64,000 bases of DNA from Piromyces finnis finn (lineage: Eukaryota > Fungi > Neocallimastigomycota): the NCBI GenBank assembly GCA_002104945.1, contig MCFH01000019.1, positions 434,001-498,000 on the forward strand, read 5' to 3'. Positions within the stretch are counted from its first letter, which is position 1. Every line of letters begins with the position of its first letter. A program made the position numbers and the translations under genes. The notes below the pieces were generated by a model that saw only the letters and a program-made list of their open reading frames with translations, ran no database searches and was not told the origin of the DNA. This document shows positions 15,002 through 28,110 of this stretch, piece by piece.

Positions 15002-17540
15002 GTAATTCCAATAGTCCTATCAATAATAATGAATGATTCTAATAATGCTACAGATAATAATTCTTCCGGTAATACCACTTCAGATAATGATGCTTATGGT
15101 TTAAATTTTATTCTTAAATTATACAACCGTATTTGGGATGGAGACTTCCCCAACTCATGGAATGAATCCAGTATTGTTTCTATTCCTAAGAAGGGAGATT
15201 TGACAGATTGTGATAACTATCGAGGTATATCACTAATCAATAATGGTATTAAGTTGATTTCCAAAATTGTCACCACTAGAATCTCAGAATATGGTCTAAA
15301 GAATAATTTCATTAGACCTGAACAATTTGGTTTTCGAAAAAAGGAAGAAAGTATCAGTCTTTTCATTTCAATCCAAGAAATATGCCGTAGACGTCAATTA
15401 GATAATAAAGAGACATATTTGGCCTTTTTAGATCTCAGGAAAGCATACGATTCAGTCCCAATCGGTAATATTCTCCATAAATTAGATTGTTTAGGAATCC
15501 GAGGTAAGAGTTTACAATTCATCAAAAATTTATATTTAACATCTAAGGCTAATGTCAAATTAGATGGACAATTCTCGAAATCTTTTGATGTGAAGAAAGG
15601 AGTCCGTCAAGGATGCCCTCTTTCTCCTATTCTCTTTAATCTCTTTATTAATGATATATTTAAAGAGTGTGAAGATCTCGGAGTCAGTTTAGGTGACACT
15701 CGATGCTGTGGTGGACTTTTTGCAGATGATATGGTTATTTGTGCTCCAACAAGAGGATGCTTAAAAAAGATGCTTAGAAGAGTTAATGAATGGGCCTTGT
15801 ATAATGAAATGGAATTTGGTATCCAGAAGTGTTCAACGATGGTGATTCGTCCTGAATCAATAGAAAATCAGAACAAGAGAGATCCAACATTTTACTTAGC
15901 AGGACAACCCATTCCAACTACTGATTGTTATACTTATCTTGGTGTTCCATTTGATAAGAATCTGTCCCTTAAACCAGTTATTAAAGCTCTTAATAACAAG
16001 GTTTTGAAAGGACTTTTCTCAGTCAGTAAATTCTTAAGAAATCCTAATATTCCTATTCCCTTCAAAAAGCTAGTACTTAACTCACAAGTGATTAGCAGAG
16101 TTTCATACTTTGCACCATTACTTGGATCCAACAAAGCCAGGTCTAGGATTGCACAGAAGCATGTTAACAAAGGAATACGATGGGTTACCGGAGTTCATAA
16201 AGCTGTATCGTTTATATCTTTATACTCTATCTCAAAAGATTTGAATATTCCTCCATTGTCAGCCAAATGTGCATTAGCTCAGGTTAGATGTTTTAACAAA
16301 TGGAAAAACTCAAATTGTATTATCTCACACCTTGTCAATTACATTCCTAAATTTAGAAAATACACGTGGTGCAAATCAAGTAGGACACTTGATAAAAAAC
16401 TAAAGAAACATGGAGATGTTAAAGCAGTTAAAAACTTTTATTGGAAAGATCTCAAAGGGAATTCAATCAAAGCGCAATATTATGATGATAATAAGTTTAT
16501 TGATACTAAAGATTTTATTAAATTATGTTATGAGTACCCAGAGTTTGCCTATGGCTTCTACTGGCTATTGAAAGCAAGAAGCGGATACAAGTTGGATGCT
16601 AGAGTTGCCAAAGCTGCCAAATTTGTTGATCCAGTTTGTCCTAACTACTGTCCATGTTGCAAGTGTGGAGATCAAAGTATTAAACATTGGTTATTAGATT
16701 GTCCAACATTTAGAGATATCCGTATTAAACATTATGATTCCATAGTCCAGCTATTAAATTTTTTCAGTCAACGTAATTCCAATAGTCCTATCAATAATAA
16801 TGAAATTGATAATATCAGTAGAGATAGTAATAATATTAATAGTAATAGTAACAATAGTAATAATAACAATAGTAGTAATAGAAATAATAATATTAGTAAT
16901 GATAGCAATAGTGAAGATAATAATTCTAATTTAGATAGTAATTTAGTTAATGATAGTAATAGTTCTAATAATCCGGTGAATATTAATGTGTATGATTATT
17001 CTAGTGTGTGCAGTAAAATATTTAAATTCCTTCTTGGGGGAAGAAGTTTTAACAATATCAATTACAATTCAAGGGAATGGAAAGAACTTTGTAAGCGTCA
17101 GATTCAATCTGGTACTAATGAAGGAACACCATTCTTGACGGTAACCGCGGAACTTCTAACCAAAATCATGCCTTTTGCTATTGGCCAGCAATGGTCAATG
17201 TTCAAAAGGTTTGAAGCAACATCCAAGAGCGTCAATGCTGAAGAAACAGTAAGACAGGCCAGGAGGGCCAGCGCAACCAATGGAGATCATAATTTTGTCC
17301 CATGATAAAATTTTGATCTTTGGCTCGGTGTCCCATTGGAAGTCAAATACAATTATTATACTTTAGTATGATAGTGGCTTTCTTACTTTAATTAAAATTA
17401 CTAGAATACATTATACCCAATTTTTATTCATTTGTGTTTATTTAAACATATTTTTTTTATTTTTATTTTATTTTAATTTTTATATTTCATGTATTATAAT
17501 TTTAATTAAATTAATAATAAAGTTTAAAATATTTGATGCC

Positions 17541-17601
<61 letters not shown>
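15002..17601 (+). mobile_element. 5'-truncated non-LTR retrotransposon (LINE copy A): RT, C-terminal Cys/His knuckle, 3'UTR, poly-A
   Basis: Near-identical to the 51.7-55.6 kb element. Ends GATGCCGTT plus 58 A (17544-17601). Confidence 0.95.
15029..17305 (+). CDS. Reverse transcriptase ORF of LINE copy A (758 aa, no endonuclease domain)
   Basis: RT motifs QFGFR, LDLRKAYDSV, GVRQGCPLSPILFN, LFADD and YLGV, plus CPCCKCGDQSIKHWLLDCP. Confidence 0.9.
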   Translation: MNDSNNATDNNSSGNTTSDNDAYGLNFILKLYNRIWDGDFPNSWNESSIVSIPKKGDLTDCDNYRGISLINNGIKLISKIVTTRISEYGLKNNFIRPEQFGFRKKEESISLFISIQEICRRRQLDNKETYLAFLDLRKAYDSVPIGNILHKLDCLGIRGKSLQFIKNLYLTSKANVKLDGQFSKSFDVKKGVRQGCPLSPILFNLFINDIFKECEDLGVSLGDTRCCGGLFADDMVICAPTRGCLKKMLRRVNEWALYNEMEFGIQKCSTMVIRPESIENQNKRDPTFYLAGQPIPTTDCYTYLGVPFDKNLSLKPVIKALNNKVLKGLFSVSKFLRNPNIPIPFKKLVLNSQVISRVSYFAPLLGSNKARSRIAQKHVNKGIRWVTGVHKAVSFISLYSISKDLNIPPLSAKCALAQVRCFNKWKNSNCIISHLVNYIPKFRKYTWCKSSRTLDKKLKKHGDVKAVKNFYWKDLKGNSIKAQYYDDNKFIDTKDFIKLCYEYPEFAYGFYWLLKARSGYKLDARVAKAAKFVDPVCPNYCPCCKCGDQSIKHWLLDCPTFRDIRIKHYDSIVQLLNFFSQRNSNSPINNNEIDNISRDSNNINSNSNNSNNNNSSNRNNNISNDSNSEDNNSNLDSNLVNDSNSSNNPVNINVYDYSSVCSKIFKFLLGGRSFNNINYNSREWKELCKRQIQSGTNEGTPFLTVTAELLTKIMPFAIGQQWSMFKRFEATSKSVNAEETVRQARRASATNGDHNFVP

Positions 17602-17605
<4 letters not shown>

Positions 17606-19011
17606 ATCTCAAAAGATTTGAATATTCCTCCATTGTCAGCCAAATGTGCATTAGTTCAGGTTAGATGTTTTAACAAATGGAAAAACTCAAATTGTATTAT
17701 CTCATACCTTGTCAATTACATTCATAAATTTAGAAAATACACGTGGTGCAAATCAAGTAGGACACTTGATAAAAAATTAAAGAAGCATGGAGATGTTAAA
17801 GCAGTTAAAAACTTTTATTGGAAAGATCTCAAAGGGAATTCAATCAAAGCGCAATATTATGATGATAATAAATTTATTGAAACTAAAGATTTTATTAAAT
17901 TATGTTATGAGTACCCAGAGTTTGCCTATGGCTTCTACTGGCTATTGAAAGCAAGAAGCGGATACAAGTTGGATGCTAGAGTTGCCAAAGCTGCTAAATT
18001 TGTTGATCCAGTTTGTCCTAACTACTGTCCATGTTGCAAGTGTGGAGATCAAAGTATTAAACATTGGTTATTAGATTGTCCAGCATTTAGAGATATCCGT
18101 ATTAAACATTATGATTCTATAGTCCATCTATTAAATTTTTTCAGTCAACGTAATTCCAATAGTCCTATCAATAATAATGAAAATGTTAATATCAGTAGAG
18201 ATAGCAATAACATTAATAGTAATAGTAACAATAGTAGTAATAATAATTACAATAGTAATAGTAATAATAGTAATAATAACAATAGTAATATTAACAATAA
18301 TAGTAGTAGAAATAATAATATTAGTAATGATATTAGTAATGATAGCAATAGTGAAGATAATAATTCTAATTTAGATAGTAATTTAGTTAATGATAGTAAT
18401 AGTTATAATAATCCGGTGAATATTAATGTGTATGATTATTCTAGTGTGTGCAGTAAAATATTTAAATTCCTTCTTGGGGGAAGAAGTTTTAATAATATCA
18501 ATTACAATTCAAGGGAATAGAAAGAACTTCGCAAGTGTCAGACTCAATCTGGGACAAACGAAGGAACACCATTCTTGACGGTAACCGCGGAACTTCTAAC
18601 CAAAATCATGCCTTTTGCTATTGGCCAGCAATGGTCAATGTTCAAAAGGTTTGAAGCAACATCCAAGAGCGTCAATGCTGAAGAAACAGTAAGACAGGCC
18701 AGGAGGGCCAGCGCAACCAATGGAGATCATAATTTTGTTCCATGATAAAATTTTGATCTTTGGCTCGGTGTCCCATTGGAAGTCAAATACAATTATTATA
18801 CTCTAGTATAATAGTGGCTTTCTTACTTTAATTAAAATTACTAGAATACATTATACCCAATTTTTATTTATTTGTGTTTATTTAAACATATTTTTTTTAT
18901 TTTATTTTTATTTTTAATTTTTTATATTACATGTATTATAATTTTAATTAAATTAATAATAAAGTTTAAAATATTTGATGCCGTTAAAAAAAAAAAAAAA
19001 AAAAAAAAAAA
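17602..19011 (+). mobile_element. More strongly 5'-truncated LINE copy B with premature stop
   Basis: Begins immediately after A's poly-A. Same 3' coding region and 3'UTR as A. TGG>TAG stop at 18518-18520. Poly-A at 18986-19011. Confidence 0.93.
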
Positions 19012-20737
19012 GCTTTCCAATGAATTCCCTATCAACCGTGGTGTAAGACAAGAATGTCCTCTTTCTCCTATTCTATTTAATCTCTTCATCAATGATATTT
19101 TAAATAAATGTGAAAGGCTTGGAGTTAGCTTAGGAAATAAACGTTGCTGTGGTGGCCTTTTCGCGGATGACATTGTTTTGATTGCTCCTAGCAAGAAGAA
19201 CCTTCAGAAGATGCTCAATCTAGTCCTTGATTGGGCCAATTTAAATGAAATGTCTTTTGGAATAAATAAATGTGCAACTATTGTTGTTAAACCTATCAAC
19301 TTTAATAGATCCCCTAGTTATGTCGACCCAACATTTTACATCAGTATGTGCTCGATTCCAAAGGTTTCTTACTATACTTATCTTGGAATCCCATTCGACG
19401 AAGATCTCTTTCTGACTCCTATTCTGTCTAATATGTACAAAAAAGTTCAGAAATCCTTATTCTCTTTTAAGAACTTCCTCACTAACAATAGTGTTCTTAT
19501 TGGCTTAAAAAATATAGTAATTCATTCCTATATTTTAAGCAAAGTCTCTTATCATGTTCCTTTACTTGGTCCCAACAAAAATAGAACTAGAAGAGTCCAA
19601 TCTCTTATTAATACTGCTGTTTTATGGAGTGTCAATAGCTTTCACAATAAAAGTCTTAATAACAAAGATTTTATTTTTTGAACGAAATTCATTTATTAGT
19701 CTGTATGCTCTTACAAGAGATATGATGATTCCTACCCTTTCAGGTATTTGTGCTGCGCAACAAGTGAAATGATTTGTTAAATGGAGAAAATCAAATTGTA
19801 TTATTAAAGATCTCGTCCGATCAATTCCTCCCATGTCTCATTACTCTTGGGCAAAAGAGTCTTGCTCACTTCATAAGAAGCTTATGAAAATAAATATAAA
19901 AGGACTAAAGATATTAGAGAATATTATTGGAATAATAGTAGCCTAAATAAATGGAAGTAAAGCCATCAGATATACTAACAACAAATTCCTTAATTCAAAT
20001 CGCCTAATGCATATCGATCTCAAAAAACCTCACTTAAGTTTAGGAATTACCTGGATTATTCGTATTTGATGCGGTTATGAATACACTACCTGAATTGCTA
20101 TTGCCAGTAATAGAGTTACTCCTGACTGCCCTCGTGCCTGTCCATGTTGTGGATATGACGAACAATCTTTTTTCCATTGGATATTAGAATGTTCTGCATT
20201 CTCTGAATACAGAACTTCTTCACTTTGCTTTCTTGACGATCTTTTTACCCTTTTTTACAATATACTTACTCCCTGAAATGGAAGTAAGAAAAACAATTTA
20301 TAACTATATTTTTACGTTCTTTTTTAGCTACAAATCGATAAGGCGGAGTAAAGACATTTGAATGAACAGCTTTACAGTTCATCGGGGTCTCATGTTCCAT
20401 AGGTAGAGGGTCTCGCGGCTTTTCTTACTAAAACAACCTCTATCATTAGTAGTTCTATGAAGCTACTTTTTGATAGGTTTAGTAAGACACCTAACGTAAT
20501 CAAGAGCGCCGACGTCATACCGATATAGTAAAGGAACATTCTCAGTGTTCCGTACACAGGATTTAATGTTAGTATTTCTTCAAATGAAAACATTATGAAC
20601 TCATGGGAAAGTTTAGTGGACACCACACTATCATATCTGATGTTGCTTCTCTTTTTTATTTCATTTATTTTATTAGGTAGGGACCAATCCCACACAGTAC
20701 AAATTGCAGAGTTCATTGAACTTTAATAATTATTTTA
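19012..20737 (+). pseudogene. Degenerate LINE of a related second family (copy C), 5'-truncated within RT
   Basis: GVRQECPLSPILFNLFIND, LFADD, YLGIPF and CPRACPCCGYDEQSFFHWILEC, with stops and frameshifts. The C-terminus LAAFLTKTTSII...DRFSKT aligns with family A's TAELLTKIMPFA...KRFEAT. Stop at ~20528. Confidence 0.88.
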
Positions 20738-21416
20738 TTTTATTTTATATATATATATATTTATTATTTATATTTATTATTTATTATATCAATATGTATT
20801 ATCACCTAATATAATGTAATATCTCAAATTAAACAAATAAATAAAAGAAGTGTATTTTCTTCCTAGTCTAAAAAAAAAAGAAGAAAATCAAATTGTATTA
20901 TTAAAGAATTTAACCAATTTATTCCTCCAATACCATACTATTCTTAGGATAAAAAATTGTGTTCATTACATAAAGAAAATTATAAAAATTAGTATAAAAA
21001 GTACTATAAATATTATTGAAAGAAAAATGTAGCCTTTATAATGAAGGTAAAACTAAATAAATAAATAAATACAAGAAATGTATTTTCTTCTTTAAAAAAA
21101 AAAAACAAACTCTAAAATAATAACGAACTTATCATATTTTAAACAAAAATTGCTAGAATATATTACAGCCCTTTTTTATTCAATAATGCTCAATTTATTT
21201 TAATTTTAAAATTATTTTTTTCATAATACATGTATTAAGATAATAAAATTTTCATATTATATGCTACTACAAAATAATTATCTTTAATTTATTATTGATA
21301 ATCAATATATATATATATATATTAGAAAAATAAAATAAACAAAATAAATCAAGACAGAACAATAATAATGTGATTTTATAAAAAATATTTAAGAAAATAC
21401 ATTATTATTATTGTTA

Positions 21417-22287
21417 TTAAAATTCTTTTTTTTTATACCAAAATTCATTCTTATCCTTATCATAATGAATATAGCTAGATTTACCTCTTTTTAAATAATA
21501 GTTAAGTCTTACAACTTCATATCGATCTTTATTATTATTCTTCAAAATACAGTTATCATCGTCTAGTCCGTATTTCGTTTTATAGTAAATTCCTCTTTCG
21601 AAAGCAGTTGCAAAACAACAAGTAAGCTTTTTATAATCTTCGGGAAGATCATCAACGATTTGTAATAAATCTCCACACCATGAACCAATTAATTCTTCAG
21701 TAACATCAGCGGAGCATCCATAAAATAAAGCCATTTCTGTTCCTCTACCTGTTTCGGTAAGTGGAGGAATTAAATCAATTAAAAATCGATATAATCCCTC
21801 TTCTTCATCTTTATATGAAACTGATTTTTCATAATAATCTTTCAAATCAATAGCTTGTTTTTTAGTATGATTTACTAAATAACCATCATATTTCACAGAA
21901 TTAGTCGTATCATAATCAAAATACTCAAATGGATCTTCTTCAAAAGGAATATTTTCCCATAAGTCATGATTTTCACCAATAAATTTAACTTTTTCATAAT
22001 AAGGCTTACTAGATAAATTATCATTATTGAGTTCAAACTCTTCTAAGCCTTTAGAGATGGAAATTCCTAATAACTTTTCTTCAGAATTTGTAAACCTTTC
22101 AATTCTATCATCAATTAAAACATAATCTCCAACCCACATAACATGAAAAGGAGCTTTTCTAAGTAAATAATGAGTTTTGCATATCATACTGTTATATGAA
22201 TAACAGTCTGCATGGAACTTATCACTACTCGATAAAACGTTTCTTTGTTTCTATATTATATACCACTGCATTAAATAATTGACCCAT
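21417..22287 (-). pseudogene. Intronless uncharacterised protein, probably of bacterial type, with one +1 frameshift near 22228-22250 (289 aa if repaired)
   Basis: ATG at 22287 gives MGQLFNAVVYNIETKKRFIE*. The adjacent frame continues DKFHADCYSYNSMICKTHYLL into ORF 21417-22187. The span is 871 nt, so removing 1 nt restores a single ORF. This could be a sequencing error. Confidence 0.65.
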
Positions 22288-22963
22288 AATTTGCTTTTTT
22301 TTTTTTTTTGTTAAAAAAATAAATAAAACAAATATAAATCTTTTTTTAATGTTTTAAACGAATCTTTAATAAATAAAATCAAAACAAAAAGTAAAAAATT
22401 ATTATTTTATTTTTGATTTTAAAATGATAAGAAGAAAAAAAAAATAAAAAAAAACAAATATTGAATAATAAATACTTTTTAAAAGTTATTCTAAGTAATA
22501 TATATATATATTAACTCTATTAACTATTAGCTATATTAGATATATTATATATATTATATTATATATCTATTTTCTTTAATAAATTTATTGTCTAGCGTAG
22601 TTGTCCTAGAAAAAAAAATTTTTTTATAATATAAAAAAAAAATTATTTAGCCATTGTAGTTTTGTGATTTAATAGAACATTTTAGAAGTATTTTAATTGT
22701 GATGTAAGTATTTCTTTATTTTATTGAAAGAAATATTATTGTTACAGTTGCTATTTCAGTAGTTATTTAAATTTCTCCTGTATATTAATTTTATAATGAG
22801 AAAGTATATTTATATTGTTTGATTTATTTTATTAATAATTAAACAATATAAATATATTTTCTCATTATATTTTATTTTATTAGTAATTAAAAAAGTAAAA
22901 AAAATATTATTGTAAATAAAGAAATCAAAATACGCTTATATAGTTTTCTATTTGCTACATTAC

Positions 22964-23007
<44 letters not shown>

Positions 23008-23812
23008 TATAATTATTATAATTATTTAATTCATTGATAGAATTGATTTTAATTTCTATTTCATTTATTATCAATTATGAAAATGGTAGTGACAATATTT
23101 CATATTTATATTTATTATTTGTATTCATTTCTTATTAGTTTATATTAATAGTAATAATTGAAAGAGGCATAAATCAGTAAAATATTGGATTAGTTCTGCT
23201 ACCAGATTCATATATTCATCGTTTTATGGGAAAGATGAGGGAAGCAATCTTATATAGATTCATAAAAAATATCAATAAAACTCATTCGTCTTTAACTTGA
23301 TATATAATTGTACAAAATATTCAACTTGAAGCTAGATGATAGCTTACCTATAGATTTAACCTCACAGTCTTCATCCCATAATTCTATAAATTTTATATAT
23401 AAAGAAAAGTAAATAATAAATATATAACTTTGATATTGAATAAAAATATATTAAGTTTATTATTTTTTTTTGATTATTTTTATACATATTTTGATAATTC
23501 TTTAAACTAGTAATTATATATGATGTTTACTAATTTTTATATGATATTAAAAAAATACAATTATTTAAAAAACACTTCAAAAATACATAAACAATAATAA
23601 GAAAATATTATTTTATTTTTTATACTTTTTTTATATTGTTTTTTATTTTTAATTTTTTAAATAGTAATTATTTATACATTTTAATTTTATACATAAATTT
23701 TAGCTTTAGTTTCATTTTACTCAAAAAAAGAAAAACTATTAACTAAAGGAATATTTTTTTTGAATTTCTATAAATTTAGATTCATGATGAATCACGATGA
23801 ATCATGATGAAT

Positions 23813-24433
23813 TTAAACCATGTTTAATGGACTGTTTTCTAATGAATCTTTCTTAGATCTCTTGACCCAAAGGAAGACACCAGCTGAAGAAAGAGCAGCT
23901 GCACCTGCAATACCGGCAGCAGCTAAAGTACCATCGGTACCTTCTTCATCATCAGCTGAATCTTCAGCATTGTCTTCGGCATCAAGATCATCAACATTCT
24001 TGATATCATCTCCACCTTCAACATCACCTTCATCATTGGCATTAGCATAATCATCTGAAGCTTCACCTGCATCAGCTGCATCAGCTGCATCATTTGGTGA
24101 TTCTCCATAATCATCGGAAGCTTCACCTGCTTCTGCATCTGGATTAACACCATCAGCATCACCTGGTGTAATGTCTGATGAATCTGGATTTTCATTTGAA
24201 TCACCAATTCCTGGAATATCATCAACATTAGCATTATCTGAAATATCAGCATTATCTAAAGCATCATCTTCCTTGTCTGAACCGATATCGGCAACATCTC
24301 CAACCTTAGATGGAATATCAGAAATGTCATCCTTAGTAGCTGGAGCAATATCTTCATCATCAGAAATTTCATTACTGTTAGCGAAAGCTAAAGCAGCAAG
24401 AGTAGTGAATAATAAAATACTTTGGAACTTCAT
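23813..24433 (-). CDS. Acidic secreted protein with C-terminal TM anchor, copy 1 (206 aa)
   Basis: N-terminal hydrophobic signal peptide, D/E-rich ectodomain with 2x GEASDDY, TM LAAAGIAGAAALSSAGVFLWV followed by KRSKK. Confidence 0.88.
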   Translation of the reverse strand: MKFQSILLFTTLAALAFANSNEISDDEDIAPATKDDISDIPSKVGDVADIGSDKEDDALDNADISDNANVDDIPGIGDSNENPDSSDITPGDADGVNPDAEAGEASDDYGESPNDAADAADAGEASDDYANANDEGDVEGGDDIKNVDDLDAEDNAEDSADDEEGTDGTLAAAGIAGAAALSSAGVFLWVKRSKKDSLENSPLNMV

Positions 24434-24904
24434 TTTTGATTAGTTAGAAATTTGTATAAAAAAAAATAGTTTTAAAAAAATTTTTAGTTAATAGTTTTCT
24501 TTATAATAAATTGATTTTATGTTTATAGAATATATATATTATATTTTATTATAAAATATTAAAATAATATATATATTTTTAAAAATATTCAAAAAATAAT
24601 CAAACGATAATTTCTTATAACTTTAAAATTATAAAAATTGATTAAAAATAATGACAAAAAAATGAAGAAAAATTCAAATGTATTTATATGTTTTATTAAG
24701 CCTATGTTTTATTAATAATAATTAAAAGTTAATATTACTTTTAGCATTTAATCTTGCAAGTAATATCTCTTATATTAAAAGCTTATTTTTTAAATAATTA
24801 ATCTTGGAAACTTTGCAAATTTAAAACCATTTTAATTTATTTTTAATGGTAATATTTTTAGTAAATTGATATTAAAACTTTATTACTTATATTTAATAGT
24901 TATT

Positions 24905-25178
24905 GATATATTAAAATAATTTCTTAATGGGAAAATATAAATATTAAATGTAATGATAAAAAAAGCAAAAATTATAGTATTAATAATAAAACTAATAATA
25001 ACAAAAACATGAAAATATTTATTAAAATAATAATTATTATGGATATATTAAAATAATTTCTTAATGGGAAAATATAAATATTAAATGTAATGATAAAAAA
25101 AGCAAAAATTATGGTATTAATAATAAAACTAATAATAACAAAAACATGAAAATATTTATTAAAATAATAATTATTATG
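24905..25178. repeat. 137-bp direct tandem duplication
   Basis: GATATATTAAAATAATTTCTTAATGGG...ATTATTATG starts at 24905 and again at 25042. Confidence 0.85.
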
Positions 25179-25811
25179 AAGTAATATATATAATTATATA
25201 ATAATAATTTAATTAAATATAGTTATATATTATTATTTTAAATTGCAATAAAATATATAAGCTATTAACCTACTAATTCTACTAATTATTATAATTATCA
25301 TTGTTACTGAATAATATGTAGAACCGGGATAATTAATTATAAATATTTAACTCAAACAAATTGTATGTTTGGGTTAATAATTGAAGGATAGGGCAATATA
25401 TGCCAACCAAATTCATGTTTTTTTCTAATAAAGAAATTAAATTTAAAATTCATCTGGAATGGTAGAATAGTAATTAAAATTTTTCAAATAGTAATTAAAA
25501 TTTCAAAAACTTTAAATATGATTATTGTGTTAACTATTAAATATATTATAAATTATGAAAAAATAAATAAAATAAATTTTTTTATTATCACTTAAATATT
25601 AATAATAGTATTTATTTTTTTAAATTTTTTTATTATTTTTTTATTTTTAATTTTTTAGATAGTAATTATTTATACATTTTAATTTTTTACATAAAGTTTA
25701 GCTTTAGTTTCATTTTACTCAAAAAAAGAAAAACTATTAACTAAAGGAATATTTTTTTTTGAATTTCTATAAATTTAGATTCATGATGAATCACGATGAA
25801 TCATGATGAAT

Positions 25812-26432
25812 TTAAACCATGTTTAATGGACTGTTTTCTAATGAATCTTTCTTAGATCTCTTGACCCAAAGGAAGACACCAGCTGAAGAAAGAGCAGCTG
25901 CACCTGCAATACCGGCAGCAGCTAAAGTACCATCGGTACCTTCTTCATCATCAGCTGAATCTTCAGCATTGTCTTCGGCATCAAGATCATCAACATTCTT
26001 GATATCATCTCCACCTTCAACATCACCTTCATCATTGGCATTAGCATAATCATCTGAGGCTTCACCTGCATCAGCTGCATCAGCTGCATCATTTGGTGAT
26101 TCTCCATAATCATCGGAAGCTTCACCTGCTTCTGCATCTGGATTAACACCATCAGCATCACCTGGTGTAATGTCTGATGAATCTGGATTTTCATTTGAAT
26201 CACCAATTCCTGGAATATCATCAACATTAGCATTATCTGAAATATCAGCATTATCTAAAGCATCATCTTCCTTGTCTGAACCGATATCGGCAACATCTCC
26301 AACCTTAGATGGAATATCAGAAATGTCATCCTTAGTAGCTGGAGCAATATCTTCATCATCAGAAATTTCATTACTGTTAGCGAAAGCTAAAGCAGCAAGA
26401 GTAGTGAATAATAAAATACTTTGGAACTTCAT
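25812..26432 (-). CDS. Acidic anchored surface protein, copy 2 (identical 206 aa)
   Basis: Same protein as copy 1, 1999 bp away. One synonymous change seen (GCT>GCC). Confidence 0.88.
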   Translation of the reverse strand: MKFQSILLFTTLAALAFANSNEISDDEDIAPATKDDISDIPSKVGDVADIGSDKEDDALDNADISDNANVDDIPGIGDSNENPDSSDITPGDADGVNPDAEAGEASDDYGESPNDAADAADAGEASDDYANANDEGDVEGGDDIKNVDDLDAEDNAEDSADDEEGTDGTLAAAGIAGAAALSSAGVFLWVKRSKKDSLENSPLNMV

Positions 26433-27008
26433 TTTTGATTAGTTAGAAATTTGTATAAAAAAAAATAGTTTTAAAAAAATTTTTAGTTAATAGTTTTCTT
26501 TATAATAAATTGATTTTATGTTTATAGAATATATATATTATATTTTATTATAAAATATTAAAATAATATATATATTTTTAAAAATATTCAAAAAATAATC
26601 AAACGATAATTTCTTATAACTTTAAAATTATAAAAATTGATTAAAAATAATGACAAAAAAATGAAGAAAAATTCAAATGTATTTATATGTTTTTTTATAT
26701 TATTATTATTATTAGTAGTATCATTTAATAATAATAAAAAAAAAAACCAAGAAAAAACACTCTTTTCACTTTACTTATTCATTATATTATAATAATATAA
26801 TACAAAATTCTATTTTTTTTTTTTAATATAATTTTAATCTATTAAATTATCAAATTATCATTATGATTAAAGTTTACCATTTATGGAAATAAAATAAATT
26901 AATTAAAATATAATAAACATTTAATTATCAATATAATATTTATATATTAAATAAGATGAAAGATTAAATATGAAAAGTGAGTCGTGAATATTTTTTTAAA
27001 AAAATAAA

Positions 27009-27050
<42 letters not shown>

Positions 27051-28065
27051 TTTATAAAGTTGATATTTTATATAGATTTACTCTTAATAAAAGTTTAATC
27101 ATTTAATCTAGTAAAACTTAACCATTTTAATTTATTTTTAATAGTAGTATTTTTAGTAAATTGATTTTAATATTTTGATATTAAAACTTTATATTTTATT
27201 TTCTCTTTTACATGGCTTTATTATTACAAAATATAAATAAAAGATAATAATAAATATAATAATAACAATATCAAATAGTAAATATTAATTATTATTTATA
27301 ATAATGAAAATAGTAATGATTATATATTAGCAATAATAAAAATAATATCAAAATAAATAGATTGGGAAAAAGTAAGTTTAAGAATAAAAATAAAAATTAA
27401 AATAAAATATTTAAATTATTAAGTATTAATAACAATTAAAAATAATTTAATCATTTAGTTTATATTTTGATAATTATTTCTGATATTAACATATTATTAA
27501 GTAATATAGACATGGTAAAATAAACATTGATATGATATATTCATATATTATATTACTTTATTCAATTATTATTATCTACATTTAAAAATGTTTTAATATC
27601 AAAAATTAATCAAATGTATTAAATATATTTAATATTATCATTTTATTGCATTTTGATTTAATTTTATTGTATAATTTTACTACTCCTTACATAATTCAAA
27701 ACTATTTTTTCCCATCAATAATGAAATATCTATTTTTGTTTATTTCATTTCATTATTATTTACTATTATAATTAATATTTACTATTTACTATTTATTATA
27801 TTTATTATAATTACTTATATTTTAATATGAATTTATTTGTATTTTAAAATATACTTTAAAATATACTTATCCTATGTAAAAGAGGAAATAAAATATAAAG
27901 TTTTAATATCAAAATATTAAAATCAATTTACTAAAAATACTACTATTAAAAATAAATTAAAATGGTTTGAAATTTGAAAAAAGTTTTAAATGCTAAAAGT
28001 TTTACTAGATTAAATGATTAAACTTTTATTAAGAGTAAATCTATATAAAATATCAACTTTATAAA

Positions 28066-28110
<45 letters not shown>

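Noticed and set aside
23160-23400. Slightly GC-richer islands (also ~25320-25460) that might be coding relics
   Set aside because: No sustained ORF, motif or second copy was found.
23820-24443. Antisense and alternate-frame ORFs (76, 90, 109 aa) over each acidic-protein copy
   Set aside because: By-products of GAT/GCT-rich coding. The silent changes between copies are non-silent in these frames.
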